Part shown: positions 10,222-19,871 of the stretch, piece by piece
Numbering within the stretch: the first letter of the stretch is position 1
Layout: each line of letters begins with the position of its first letter
Source: Pyrinomonadaceae bacterium
GTDB lineage: Bacteria; Acidobacteriota; Blastocatellia; Pyrinomonadales; Pyrinomonadaceae
Assembly: GCA_041751035.1 (NCBI GenBank)
Contig: JBGSYH010000005.1
Coordinates: 4,237 to 68,236, forward strand
Direction of reading: 5' to 3'
DNA: 64,000 bases
The notes under the pieces: model-generated
Told to the model about the DNA's origin: nothing
Database searches by the model: none
The model's input: the letters and a program-made list of their open reading frames with translations, nothing else
Translations under genes and position numbers: made by a program

Positions 10222-11223
10222 CTATCTTGGCATCAGGCTGCCAAAAATACTTCGTCCAGAAAGATCTTTCGTCGCAAGTTCCAAGCAGATCGCGACCTCC
10301 GATTCGCTCAAACGGTGATCTCTGGTAAGGTTCTCCTTAAATGCTGTCAAGACCCTGCCGTAACTCTTTTCCAGCCAACGCATTACGGTCGATTCATGGG
10401 TTCGCCCTCCGCCTTCTCTTGCGGCATTGCGGCGTTGAAACCATCCACGCAGCGGCGATGTATCATCTTCAACGAGGACGGCTATTTCGCGGAGTTTTAA
10501 GTTTTCGACGTGATAGTACAAAAGCAGAAGACGCTCATGGTCTTCGAGCGAGGCAAATGCGGATTCGAGCGAGGAAACAGTTGCGGCCCGAAATCGGGAC
10601 ATCTCGATACCATCCAACATATCGTCTTCGCCGCCGAGAGCCGGTTCGGCGAAATTTGCATGGGCCATGCCTTCGCCGACATTCTCGGTCATCTCGTCAA
10701 GCGATACGTCATCATGGCTGGCTCGGTGAAGATCGACGAGAGAATGCCAGATGACCGTTCGAAGCCATCCGCGAAGTGTTCCGCGTCCGCTGTAAGTGGC
10801 AAATTTCGAAACACGTTCGCCGTCAACTATCTTCTGTCCGTAAAGATCGACATACACTTGATCGACAACTTCCTGAGCATCGATCTCTGTTTTCGCCAAA
10901 TGGCGGGCGACACGTTCCAAATATGAACGATGGCTTTGGTCAAATTCCCACCATGCACGCTCGTTTCCGTTTGAGCAGGCAATGGCAAGAAAAAGTTCGT
11001 CGGCGTGTAGATTACCTATGAATTCCGTGATCTCCGCCTCCGAAATCGGTTCTGGACCGGAGCCTGAGAGAAACTTCTCGACCGTCTTAAGCACAGACCG
11101 GCCGAAACACTCTTGCTTGACGCCATAATTAGGTGAGTTCTCAACACAACGGTCGTAAATGCTCTCGATCAGGGCATTTGCTCCGTCTAAAAGGGCTTGG
11201 TCTAGCTTGGCCTCAGGCTGCAT
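10222..11223 (-). CDS. Sigma-70 family (ECF-like) RNA polymerase sigma factor with extensions
   Basis: Region-2-like segment (DAQEVVDQVYVDLY...GWLRTVIWHSLVDLHR) and region-4-like segment (LLLLYYHVENLKLREIA...ESTVMRWLEKS). The ATG at 11223 is preferred over the TTG at 11244. Confidence 0.7.
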   Translation of the reverse strand: MQPEAKLDQALLDGANALIESIYDRCVENSPNYGVKQECFGRSVLKTVEKFLSGSGPEPISEAEITEFIGNLHADELFLAIACSNGNERAWWEFDQSHRSYLERVARHLAKTEIDAQEVVDQVYVDLYGQKIVDGERVSKFATYSGRGTLRGWLRTVIWHSLVDLHRASHDDVSLDEMTENVGEGMAHANFAEPALGGEDDMLDGIEMSRFRAATVSSLESAFASLEDHERLLLLYYHVENLKLREIAVLVEDDTSPLRGWFQRRNAAREGGGRTHESTVMRWLEKSYGRVLTAFKENLTRDHRLSESEVAICLELATKDLSGRSIFGSLMPR

Positions 11224-11279
11224 AGTCGCCGTTATTATAAACAAACTTCTTCATATAGCCTAACATCAGCACAGCTCCG

Positions 11280-13121
11280 CTAGGCCGGGGTCTCTGAAAG
11301 TTCCGAGGGGCCTGAAACTTCGCCGCGGTCAGCATATTGAAGCTGGAACAGCCGCCAGTATAACCCTCGCATTCGCAAAAGTTCATTGTGTGTGCCTGTT
11401 TCTTTTAGCTCTCCGTGGTGCAGGACAATGATCCGATCGCATCGCTGAATCGTCGAAAGCCGATGAGCTACGACCATGGACGTGCGGCCAGCCATCACGC
11501 GATCTACTGCCTGCTGGATCAGCTGTTCGGTCTCCGTATCGATCGAACTTGTCGCTTCGTCCAAGATCAGGATCTTTGGATCGAACGCCAATGCCCGGGC
11601 AAACGAGATCAGCTGCTTCTGCCCGACGGAAAGCCCGGCACCGCGTTCGCGAACTATATGATCGAAACCGTCCTCTAAGGGTTCTATGAATCTATCAGCA
11701 TGAACTTCGCCGGCGGCCCACTCGACTCGGTCGCGGCCGATGCTGGCGTTGCCCAGACGTATGTTGCTCTCAAGCGAGCCGCTGAAAAGGAAGACGTCCT
11801 GCAGGACGACAGCGAAATTTGACCGCAGGTCGTGCAGGTTCCACTTCCTGATATCGACACCGTCGAGATAAATGGTGCCCTTTTGAATATCATAGAAACG
11901 CATCAACAGATTGGTTATCGTGGTCTTCCCGGAGCCTGTGTGTCCGACAAGAGCAACGCTCTCGCCCGGATCGACCTTGAACGAGACGTTCTTCAGCACC
12001 CATTCATTCTCTTTATAAGCGAACCAAACGTTACGAAATTCGATCTCGCCAATGGCTTTACCGGTCTTTTGGGGTTCCGGCGGCGATTTAATATCGATCT
12101 CCAGATCAAGCAACGCAAATATCCTGTGTGAGGCAACGATGGCCGCCTGCAGTACGTTGAATTTGTCCGAAAGGTCACGGATCGGTTGAAAAAGCTGTTG
12201 TGAATACTGGATAAACGCAGCCAGCACGCCGACAGTCAAGGCCGTATCGGCGGCGCTCAGGCCGCTCAGGTATTCAAAACCGAAAAAGAAGATCACAACG
12301 GCAATACCGACCGCGCCGATCAGATCAACGAGCGGATAAAAGATCGCATAGTAATAGATCGTCTCGATATTTGCCTGCCGATAGCTATCATTGATCTCAC
12401 GGAATTTGGCCTGCGCGCGTTCTTCTGCATTCATCGTTTGAACGGTTTGGGCGCCGGAGATAAATTCCTGCAAAAAGGCATTGAGGCGTGCGTTTCGGGT
12501 CCGCACCTTATCGAAACCGATGCGGGCATGCTTGCGAAACCAGTTCGTTGCAGCAAATAGAAGCGGTACCGTAACAAGCGAAACAATGGCAAGCTTCCAA
12601 TCCAGTGCGAACATCCACGCGATAATGGCGATGATGATAACCAGATCGCCCAGAACATCTATCACACCGGACGTGAACAATTCGTTCAATGCATCGACAT
12701 CGGAAGTTAATCGAGTGATGATACGTCCGACCGGATAACGGTCGTAATAGGCGAGTTCCTGCCGCTGTAGTTTTGCAAAGATCTGTGAGCGAATGTCGAG
12801 CATTACGCGTTGCCCGACCGTATTCAACAAAATTTCTTGAATATAAGAAAAGATGAACCGGAACAAAAATACCCCAAAGAACGCAAGGGCGAACAGCCAC
12901 ACACCATCCGTGCGGCCCGGCGTTATAAAATCATCGACAGCGACCTTGGTAAAAAATGGCTGGGTACTGATGAGAACATTTGTCAGTATCGTAAGCAGGA
13001 GAGCGATCGCGGCCAAATGCCAGTATGGGCGCAGATAGCCAAGTAGACGGCGGACGACCTTTAGATCGTAGGTCTTCCCGATCGCATCTTCCTCGTGATA
13101 TTTTCTAACTTCGTCTGACAC
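11280..13121 (-). CDS. ABC transporter, fused permease/ATP-binding (MsbA/multidrug exporter type)
   Basis: Six-TM N-terminal domain, Walker [10 protein letters not shown], signature LSVGQKQ and Walker [10 protein letters not shown]. Confidence 0.9.
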   Translation of the reverse strand: MSDEVRKYHEEDAIGKTYDLKVVRRLLGYLRPYWHLAAIALLLTILTNVLISTQPFFTKVAVDDFITPGRTDGVWLFALAFFGVFLFRFIFSYIQEILLNTVGQRVMLDIRSQIFAKLQRQELAYYDRYPVGRIITRLTSDVDALNELFTSGVIDVLGDLVIIIAIIAWMFALDWKLAIVSLVTVPLLFAATNWFRKHARIGFDKVRTRNARLNAFLQEFISGAQTVQTMNAEERAQAKFREINDSYRQANIETIYYYAIFYPLVDLIGAVGIAVVIFFFGFEYLSGLSAADTALTVGVLAAFIQYSQQLFQPIRDLSDKFNVLQAAIVASHRIFALLDLEIDIKSPPEPQKTGKAIGEIEFRNVWFAYKENEWVLKNVSFKVDPGESVALVGHTGSGKTTITNLLMRFYDIQKGTIYLDGVDIRKWNLHDLRSNFAVVLQDVFLFSGSLESNIRLGNASIGRDRVEWAAGEVHADRFIEPLEDGFDHIVRERGAGLSVGQKQLISFARALAFDPKILILDEATSSIDTETEQLIQQAVDRVMAGRTSMVVAHRLSTIQRCDRIIVLHHGELKETGTHNELLRMRGLYWRLFQLQYADRGEVSGPSELSETPA

Positions 13122-13195
13122 TCGTCTGAACGATTTTAGATTTTGGATTTTCGATTAGCAATTCGAACGGCGTCAAACTAAAATTCAGGGTTCAA

Positions 13196-14182
13196 ATGCT
13201 TTCATTTATCGACAGGAAAAAGGATGACTGGCAGCGGCTTGAGGACCTGCTTGGGTTGCTCGGCGGAAGCAGTCTGCGAAGCCTTTCGCGGATGGAGGTT
13301 CGCGAATTTGGCGAGCTGTACCGACGAGCTGCCGCCGACCTGGCAATTGCCCGTGCCGAAACGCGCGATCCAAAGGTTGTCAATTATCTGAACAGCCTTG
13401 TCATTCGAGCCCACGGAAAGATCTATCGTGCCGATGGGGAGGGCAAGAGCGTGATCGCACGATATTTTTCGCAAGATCTTCCGCGTGCTGTTCAAGATAA
13501 CTGGGTTCATATTTTCATCTCATTCCTGGCATTTTTTCTACCCGCTGTGGCGGCCTATGTTCTCGTTATGAATAGCAGCGAATTCATCAGCGTACTCGGG
13601 CTGGAAGGCATTCAAGCTTCGGTAGAAAGAGGCGACCGCTGGTGGCTTTCGCTAAATCAGGCAAATCAGATCGGTTCGAGCGCGATACTGACGAACAACA
13701 TCATGGTCTCATTCAATGCCTTTGCCTGGGGCGTGTTCTTTGGGATCGGTTCTCTATACATTCTTGTGTTCAATGGATTGTTCTTGGGCGGCGTTTTTGC
13801 GACAGCGTTCAAGTTTGACCCGGCGTTCGGTTCGGAGCTTACAGAATTCGTCGTCGCCCATGGCGTGATCGAACTTTCCTGCATATTTCTTGCCGGCGGA
13901 GCTGGGATGATGATCGGTTACGCTCTGATAAACCCGGGCGACCTGACACGAGGACAAGCACTGAAGAAGAAAGGCATTGAGGCCACGCGTATCATTGTCG
14001 GTTGTGCCCTCATTTTGATTTTGGCCGGTGTGATCGAAGGATTTATATCGCCGTCGTCGCTTCCGCCTGCCGTAAATTATTCGGTAGGTATTTCTACCGG
14101 TGCGATCATGTTCTTTTATCTTTTTTTCGTAGGAAGGCGATCGCCCGAGCCGGATCCGGACAGCGTCACTCCGGCAGCCTGA
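13196..14182 (+). CDS. SpoIIM-family (DUF95) integral membrane protein
   Basis: Multi-TM protein with the VAHGVIELSCIFLAGGAG motif typical of the stage II sporulation protein M family. Its 3' end overlaps the convergent murI by 17 nt. Confidence 0.7.
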   Translation: MLSFIDRKKDDWQRLEDLLGLLGGSSLRSLSRMEVREFGELYRRAAADLAIARAETRDPKVVNYLNSLVIRAHGKIYRADGEGKSVIARYFSQDLPRAVQDNWVHIFISFLAFFLPAVAAYVLVMNSSEFISVLGLEGIQASVERGDRWWLSLNQANQIGSSAILTNNIMVSFNAFAWGVFFGIGSLYILVFNGLFLGGVFATAFKFDPAFGSELTEFVVAHGVIELSCIFLAGGAGMMIGYALINPGDLTRGQALKKKGIEATRIIVGCALILILAGVIEGFISPSSLPPAVNYSVGISTGAIMFFYLFFVGRRSPEPDPDSVTPAA

Positions 14183-14912
14183 CCCTTTCCACTGCTCCAA
14201 TTCTTACCCCAAACGCATTGAGCGCTGCCGTTTTCATTGCTTTTTCACTTCCTGTCGTAAAAAAGCGATCGGTGCCTATCGCTTTGATCTTCGGTTTCGG
14301 AACGCCGGCGGCCATTTCCTTGGCGGGGTCGATGAACCTGGTCTGCGGGGAAACAAATTCGGTCAACATTTCTTCGATCGCCGGATAGTGTGTGCAGGCA
14401 AGCAGAATATGCGAACAATTTCGGAGCGGCATGAGTATTCGTTTTGCTTCGGTTCGGAGCAGGTCGGACGAAGTATCACCCTTTTCGATCAATGCCGAAA
14501 GCGGCTGAGCGATACGCTGTTTTATCACGAACCCGTGTTCCGCAAATCTCTTTCTGTAAACCCCGGACAAGACGGTTCGGCGGCCGCCGATAACACCAAG
14601 CCGAACCGGGTTTTGTTTCAATGCGGCAGTGACCGCTGATCGGATAATTCCCTCGACTCTAAGTCCGTGCTCGGCAAGATCAGGGATCGCCGTGCTGGCA
14701 GCGTTGCAGGCGATCATTATCTCGGCGGCGCCATTGCTTCTCAGGAATCCGACCACATTATCCAGCCGGGCCGCGAGATCGAACCGCTTCAGCTTTCCAT
14801 ACGGCGTCGCTCCCGTATCCGAAAAATAAAGTATTGGAAGTTTGGGCTGCAGCGCTTTGATCTCATGATAAACACCGATCCCGCCGATGCCCCAGTCAAT
14901 GATTCCAAGCAT
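14166..14912 (-). CDS. murI: Glutamate racemase-like (Asp/Glu racemase family)
   Basis: N-terminal IIDWGIGGIGV, with IACNAAST and LACTHYP motifs containing the two catalytic cysteines. Confidence 0.75.
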   Translation of the reverse strand: MLGIIDWGIGGIGVYHEIKALQPKLPILYFSDTGATPYGKLKRFDLAARLDNVVGFLRSNGAAEIMIACNAASTAIPDLAEHGLRVEGIIRSAVTAALKQNPVRLGVIGGRRTVLSGVYRKRFAEHGFVIKQRIAQPLSALIEKGDTSSDLLRTEAKRILMPLRNCSHILLACTHYPAIEEMLTEFVSPQTRFIDPAKEMAAGVPKPKIKAIGTDRFFTTGSEKAMKTAALNAFGVRIGAVERVRLPE

Positions 14913-14918
14913 AATTGC

Positions 14919-16232
14919 TCACGGATACGAAAGCTTTGCTTCTACTATCTTCTCGATCGGGCCGCTGTCGAATGCAACCATTCGCGAGTTCCAGGCGATG
15001 TTCAGCGTTTCCATTTTCTGTCCGGGAAACCGGCTTTCGAGATACCATTTCATTTCATGTTCGGATCGGATCGGGTTGTATTCGAGCATCTTTTTCCAAT
15101 CCTGGTGCGAGACCAGTTTCTGCAACGCCACGTTAAAGTCTGCATTTGTCTTTTGTTCTCTCATTGTTCGAAGTTTGTTCTGCAGGAGCCTCGGATATTC
15201 CGACACTTTAACAGGAACCGTTACCATATCGACAACCAAAAGCTTTCCGCCGCGCTTCGTGACCCGCTTTATTTCGGCAAGCAGCGGATCCCAATCCAGA
15301 TAGCGAAATGACATCAGCGAGATGACTACGTCGAACGAAGCATCATCGAACGGAAGCACCGGGCCGCTGATCTTTTCAAATCTCAAGTTTGTGTTAGCTG
15401 AGTTCCTAGCTCGTGCCTTTTCGAGAATTGCGGACGATTCGTCAACGCCAACGCCCTCAGCGATACGGCCTGATAAGGCATTCAGCAATGCTCCGTTACC
15501 GCAGCCGATATCCAATACACGAAGGTCACGGCCCTTTGGCAGATGTTCATTCAGCCAATTCCATTCATCACGTCGAACACGGATATCAGTGAAAACATTG
15601 TCGTAAAGTTCAGCAACGCGGTTATAGGTATCGGCACCGTTTACTTCGGACGGGCTGAAAGACTTCATCTTTTCAGCCGGCATAAATCCCGCAAGCTTTT
15701 TTGCAGAACCCAAAAGGCCGTGCGATTTTCGTCCGGGGCAGCCGATCGTATATAGCTTTCCATCCGTTCGGTCACCGGCGTAAACGTATCGATCCTTGTT
15801 TCGGGAAAATGTGGTGTACCAGAAAAAGCCGTGAGCCTTTACGCCGAAGGTGCGGGCAAAGAACGGTGCGAACCAACGAGCCGAACGGCAGCAGTGGAAA
15901 AATGCCGATGCGTTCTCGGCAAATGGGATGTCCATCGTTTCCCATTCATACGGTGAGAATTGCTCGGGAAACGCGACCGTTCCATACATCGGCCCGTACA
16001 TTCCCGAATGCCCGATGAAATGAAACTCCTTTATCTTCTTTCCGGCGGCACGTATCTCTTCGAAGATCTGCAGAATATCGCGTTTGCTTTCGACCGGCTT
16101 GGAGTTGATCTCAAGGTCACAGCCCTGATCGCTCATTTCTGCAGCGAGCGAGCGTGCGACCGCCGGAAACTGTTCACCGCCTTTTCGATATTTGGTTGTG
16201 TAAATAATTAGAGCGACTTCTTGGGCAGACAT
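14919..16232 (-). CDS. Class I SAM-dependent methyltransferase fused to an uncharacterised N-terminal domain
   Basis: Motif I VLDIGCGNGAL sits in the C-terminal half, and I do not recognise the ~200-aa N-terminal domain (FHFIGHSGMYGP). The start could be the ATG at 16232 or the TTG at 16259, which overlaps the upstream gene. Confidence 0.75.
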   Translation of the reverse strand: MSAQEVALIIYTTKYRKGGEQFPAVARSLAAEMSDQGCDLEINSKPVESKRDILQIFEEIRAAGKKIKEFHFIGHSGMYGPMYGTVAFPEQFSPYEWETMDIPFAENASAFFHCCRSARWFAPFFARTFGVKAHGFFWYTTFSRNKDRYVYAGDRTDGKLYTIGCPGRKSHGLLGSAKKLAGFMPAEKMKSFSPSEVNGADTYNRVAELYDNVFTDIRVRRDEWNWLNEHLPKGRDLRVLDIGCGNGALLNALSGRIAEGVGVDESSAILEKARARNSANTNLRFEKISGPVLPFDDASFDVVISLMSFRYLDWDPLLAEIKRVTKRGGKLLVVDMVTVPVKVSEYPRLLQNKLRTMREQKTNADFNVALQKLVSHQDWKKMLEYNPIRSEHEMKWYLESRFPGQKMETLNIAWNSRMVAFDSGPIEKIVEAKLSYP

Positions 16233-16248
16233 AACAGCAGGGGCGAAA

Positions 16249-18033
16249 CTAGGCAGCAAGCTCTCCTTTTGTGATCTTCTCGTTACGGTGAACTATGTCC
16301 AGGAACTTCTGCGCCGCGTCGGTTTGAAATAGCTCGCGCTCTTCTTCGTGGTCGGTGACCGGTTCAAGCGCGGTGTCCATATAGTCAAAACGAGCCGGGT
16401 CTTTTCGGACTCGTAGATAGATCAGGCGCATCCGCAAATAAAGAGATATCCATTTGAATTGTTTGGTTAGCGACTCTACAAAGTATTTGGGATAGAAAAT
16501 CAAAGGGCTTTCGATCGGCATTCCGTGGCGGCGATTCTTGCGGACCTTTCGACGAATGAATCCGCCTTCTAAAGGATGTATCTTTTCGATGCCAATGCAG
16601 CCCTTGAACCATACTATAAAGAACGTGGTCTTGCCCGGGCTTGTCCCCGTCGCTATGGCACGCCGGAGAACGGTTTCGACGTGTTCATCCGTGTAATAGG
16701 TTTTCCACGCCTCATGATAAACATCACGCCACGCTTCGCGCGACATTTGTGGGTGGCCGGTCACGTCGTGATTCAGGTCGTATTTGTTCAGATCTTCGTC
16801 CATCGCAACGCCCGAATTGTAAAGCGTTTTATGGTCTTCTGAGCCGGGCAACGGTGTCAGATAAAAGAACTCCAGCAGGTCGACCGGCAGTTCCTTTTTG
16901 ATCACTTCGATATCGTGGATTATCGAATCGCGTGTGTCGCCGGGAAAACCCAGAATATAGCCGCAATAGGTAACGATGCCGACACGCTTCCATTCGAGCA
17001 GCATTTGCCGGTAATCGGTGATCTTATTCTGCCGTTTCTTTGCCCCCAAAAGGCTGTCCGGATTGATGTTTTCGAGCCCGATAAAGACACGTTTCACACC
17101 AGCCCGTTTACTTTTTTCGATAAAATTTGGGAGCTTGTGGCAAAGAGTGTCCACCTGAATAATGAAGCTGATCTTTAATTTCTCTACTTCGCGGAGTTCG
17201 ATGAGCTTGTCGAGGATTATTTCCCAATCTTTGTTGCGTGCAAAATTGTCGTCCGTGATAAAGAACGAATGAAGGCCTTGTTCGACGTTTGCCCGGACTA
17301 TCCGCTCGATGTCTTCCGGCGAACGGCGACGCGACTTGCGGCCCTGAACATTGATTATCGTACAGAATGAACAACTGAACGGACAGCCGCGGCCGGCGTC
17401 GAAACTTGTAGTTGCACCGGCAGTTAAATGGACCCGTTCGGACGGCAAAAGAGGTGTGGCGACGCCTTCGATATTCGGAAGGTCGTGCATAAAGTTATAT
17501 ATCGGCTGAAGCTGGTCCATCGCCGCATCGAGCAAGACCTGTGAGAGCCTGCCCTCAGCCTCGCCGGCAAACAATGTCACGCCCATATCCAAAGCCTGCT
17601 GAACATACGGATCACGATGCTCAAGCATTGCCATCGTGCCCGACACATGAAAACCGCCGAGTGCGACCTTGATCCCGCGTTCACGCAGCGGCCGGGCGAT
17701 ATCGAGGGCGCGCGGAAATTGATTGGATTGGACCCCGACGAGCATTACTATTCCATCGTCGGCAGCTTCGATCATTCGGGCGGTTTTCGCCGGGTCTATT
17801 TTTGTGTTGGTCTCGTCCAGGGCGTGGATCTCGAATTTTGTATCAGGGCCGAGAACTTTCTCGGCCGCACACTCCAAAGCCAGCCCATAAAGACATGCGA
17901 GCGAGTTCGACGGTATCGCCGAACGATACCATTGGATGACATAGCCGTCGTCATCATAATGCGACGGCTTTATCAGTACCAGACAGAATCGCTTTTTGTT
18001 GGATTTTGCCATTCGGCTTAAGGATACACCCAT
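16249..18033 (-). CDS. B12-binding-domain radical SAM protein
   Basis: The N-terminal Rossmann-like B12-binding region is followed by a CPFSCSFC (CxxxCxxC) radical SAM cluster motif and a long C-terminal extension. An alternative ATG lies at 18012. Confidence 0.9.
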   Translation of the reverse strand: MGVSLSRMAKSNKKRFCLVLIKPSHYDDDGYVIQWYRSAIPSNSLACLYGLALECAAEKVLGPDTKFEIHALDETNTKIDPAKTARMIEAADDGIVMLVGVQSNQFPRALDIARPLRERGIKVALGGFHVSGTMAMLEHRDPYVQQALDMGVTLFAGEAEGRLSQVLLDAAMDQLQPIYNFMHDLPNIEGVATPLLPSERVHLTAGATTSFDAGRGCPFSCSFCTIINVQGRKSRRRSPEDIERIVRANVEQGLHSFFITDDNFARNKDWEIILDKLIELREVEKLKISFIIQVDTLCHKLPNFIEKSKRAGVKRVFIGLENINPDSLLGAKKRQNKITDYRQMLLEWKRVGIVTYCGYILGFPGDTRDSIIHDIEVIKKELPVDLLEFFYLTPLPGSEDHKTLYNSGVAMDEDLNKYDLNHDVTGHPQMSREAWRDVYHEAWKTYYTDEHVETVLRRAIATGTSPGKTTFFIVWFKGCIGIEKIHPLEGGFIRRKVRKNRRHGMPIESPLIFYPKYFVESLTKQFKWISLYLRMRLIYLRVRKDPARFDYMDTALEPVTDHEEERELFQTDAAQKFLDIVHRNEKITKGELAA

Positions 18034-18236
18034 TTACCACACGATACCTGAAAATGTTCGACATACCCTTCCTTCAAGAGTGTGGTGTGTGGCTATTCGC
18101 GGCTACCGCCGCCTTGGCCGGAATTGCTTTTGACCATTCTCGGAAATATTACTTCGAACTGACCTCGGTTTCAATTTCTGCCGCCGATTCCTTCATAGAC
18201 TCTAATTACCCAAGCTTCCTTGAAGTTTAACTTTGG

Positions 18237-18767
18237 TCATAAAGAAAACTTAATTCCGTTACCGGTCTGCCGGCATGCATCGATCAGCACTTCACATTCT
18301 TTTAGCGTGGCCATTAGATCGCCGTAAAGAAACGGATCACCGCTTAGAACTTGGACGAACCGCTGCTGGTCGTGGTATTGAAAATATTGTCGACCGGCGG
18401 CGATCTCAATTAGGCGCCCTACCTCCATCGCCCAACGTTGGACCTCGATAGAGGAGAGCTCAAGGACCTCGTCCTTATAACGGGAAAAGTCTGCTATCTT
18501 GCTGAATATTGGGAATTCTGGCTGGCCGTCCCTAAACGCCGCGGCCAAGGCATTGCCAATCCGAATAATGTCTCCCGGCCAGGTCTCATAATAAATTCCG
18601 GACCTGTGTCCGCATTCATAAAAATTTCTGATGTTGGCTTCCCAAAATTCAAACGACTTAGCTTTCGACCCAATATTTCTCCTATAACTTTCGTAATTAG
18701 GCCACCTGCCTTCCGGCACTGGGCGTCTATTGTCGCAGTTACAGTGAACCTCACACCATTTTCCCAT
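18237..18767 (-). CDS. Hypothetical Cys-rich protein
   Basis: 176-aa ORF with N-terminal CEVHCNC and no family recognised. It lies downstream of the 302-aa hypothetical on the same strand. Confidence 0.5.
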   Translation of the reverse strand: MGKWCEVHCNCDNRRPVPEGRWPNYESYRRNIGSKAKSFEFWEANIRNFYECGHRSGIYYETWPGDIIRIGNALAAAFRDGQPEFPIFSKIADFSRYKDEVLELSSIEVQRWAMEVGRLIEIAAGRQYFQYHDQQRFVQVLSGDPFLYGDLMATLKECEVLIDACRQTGNGIKFSL

Positions 18768-18866
18768 TTTGAAAACTACAAAGAGACGATGTTGCGGATC
18801 GAGTAATAGCTCATTCTCGATCCGGCTTGCTCGAACAGTCTGTCGATGTACGTCTCGACCGTCTCA

Positions 18867-19775
18867 TCAAAGCAGATCGAGAGCCGCGGATACATCTTTT
18901 AGCGGACGCTTGATGCCAAGACACGCTTCCGAGGTTTCTTTTACGATCAATTCGCCGATCTCTTGACCGACATAACTTACATACCCGTTCTTATTCAGGA
19001 TCTTCGTCACGTGATGGTGCGAAAGACCGTGAATCTGATCAGCCGAGAGTTTTTCCGGCCATTTTGCGGCAGAGTGGTCTGCTACCTTGATCAGGACCTC
19101 TTTGAACAATTCGTTTACCTGCTTTAGCCGAGTTTTCAGCTCATCTTCCCCGAATTTACCTATAAAAACACCGGCGATCTTTCCTGCGACCTTAGGTCCC
19201 GGAATGGCGTCCGCAAGTGCCGACTTGGCCTTTCCCGAAAGCGATTTCTCGAGCTGGCCGAGAAGCAGTTCGACCCACACTACGTTGTAAAGCGTCTTGC
19301 AGTTGTTCTTAACAAAATCACGGTTATAGAGAATGACTTCGACTGCACGCTTATATTTGTCCCAATCGCGTTTTACATTTCCGGCTGTTACCAATGCATT
19401 CATCCCGGCAATCGCAGCCGCGGTAGGTCCGCCGGCCACAGCGGCAACGCCCATAAAAAGGTCCAGCCATCCCTCTATGACCTTCTTGGTCGCGTTTAGT
19501 TTAAGTTCACCGTAGTGGCCGAACCGTCCAATGTCCTCTTCAAACCAGGTTTTGTTTTGCGTGAAGAACTTACCGTACATATGCTCAAAGCCTGCATTTG
19601 GCTTTAGCATGAAAAAGACGACATCTGTACCGTAGGTACCGTAAAACAACCGATGTCCCTCCGGCGAAGGATAAACCTTTCCGGCCTCAGCGATAACGCC
19701 CGGGCCACCTCTTGCCGTCCCGCTCATCTCACCCAACCATAGAAAATCATGCATCTCTACAGGTTTTACACTCAT
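18867..19775 (-). CDS. Hypothetical protein with a Gly/Ala-rich hydrophobic segment
   Basis: 302-aa ORF with GGAGG SD 7 nt upstream and a hydrophobic stretch LFMGVAAVAGGPTAAAIAGMNALV. No family recognised. Confidence 0.6.
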   Translation of the reverse strand: MSVKPVEMHDFLWLGEMSGTARGGPGVIAEAGKVYPSPEGHRLFYGTYGTDVVFFMLKPNAGFEHMYGKFFTQNKTWFEEDIGRFGHYGELKLNATKKVIEGWLDLFMGVAAVAGGPTAAAIAGMNALVTAGNVKRDWDKYKRAVEVILYNRDFVKNNCKTLYNVVWVELLLGQLEKSLSGKAKSALADAIPGPKVAGKIAGVFIGKFGEDELKTRLKQVNELFKEVLIKVADHSAAKWPEKLSADQIHGLSHHHVTKILNKNGYVSYVGQEIGELIVKETSEACLGIKRPLKDVSAALDLL

Positions 19776-19871
19776 TAGAATCCTCCGAAATTATATTGGG
19801 GGCGGTGTTTGTTCAACATTTAACTTGACGTCAAATGGAAGAATTTTTGCCGGATTTGATCATTAACTTCG

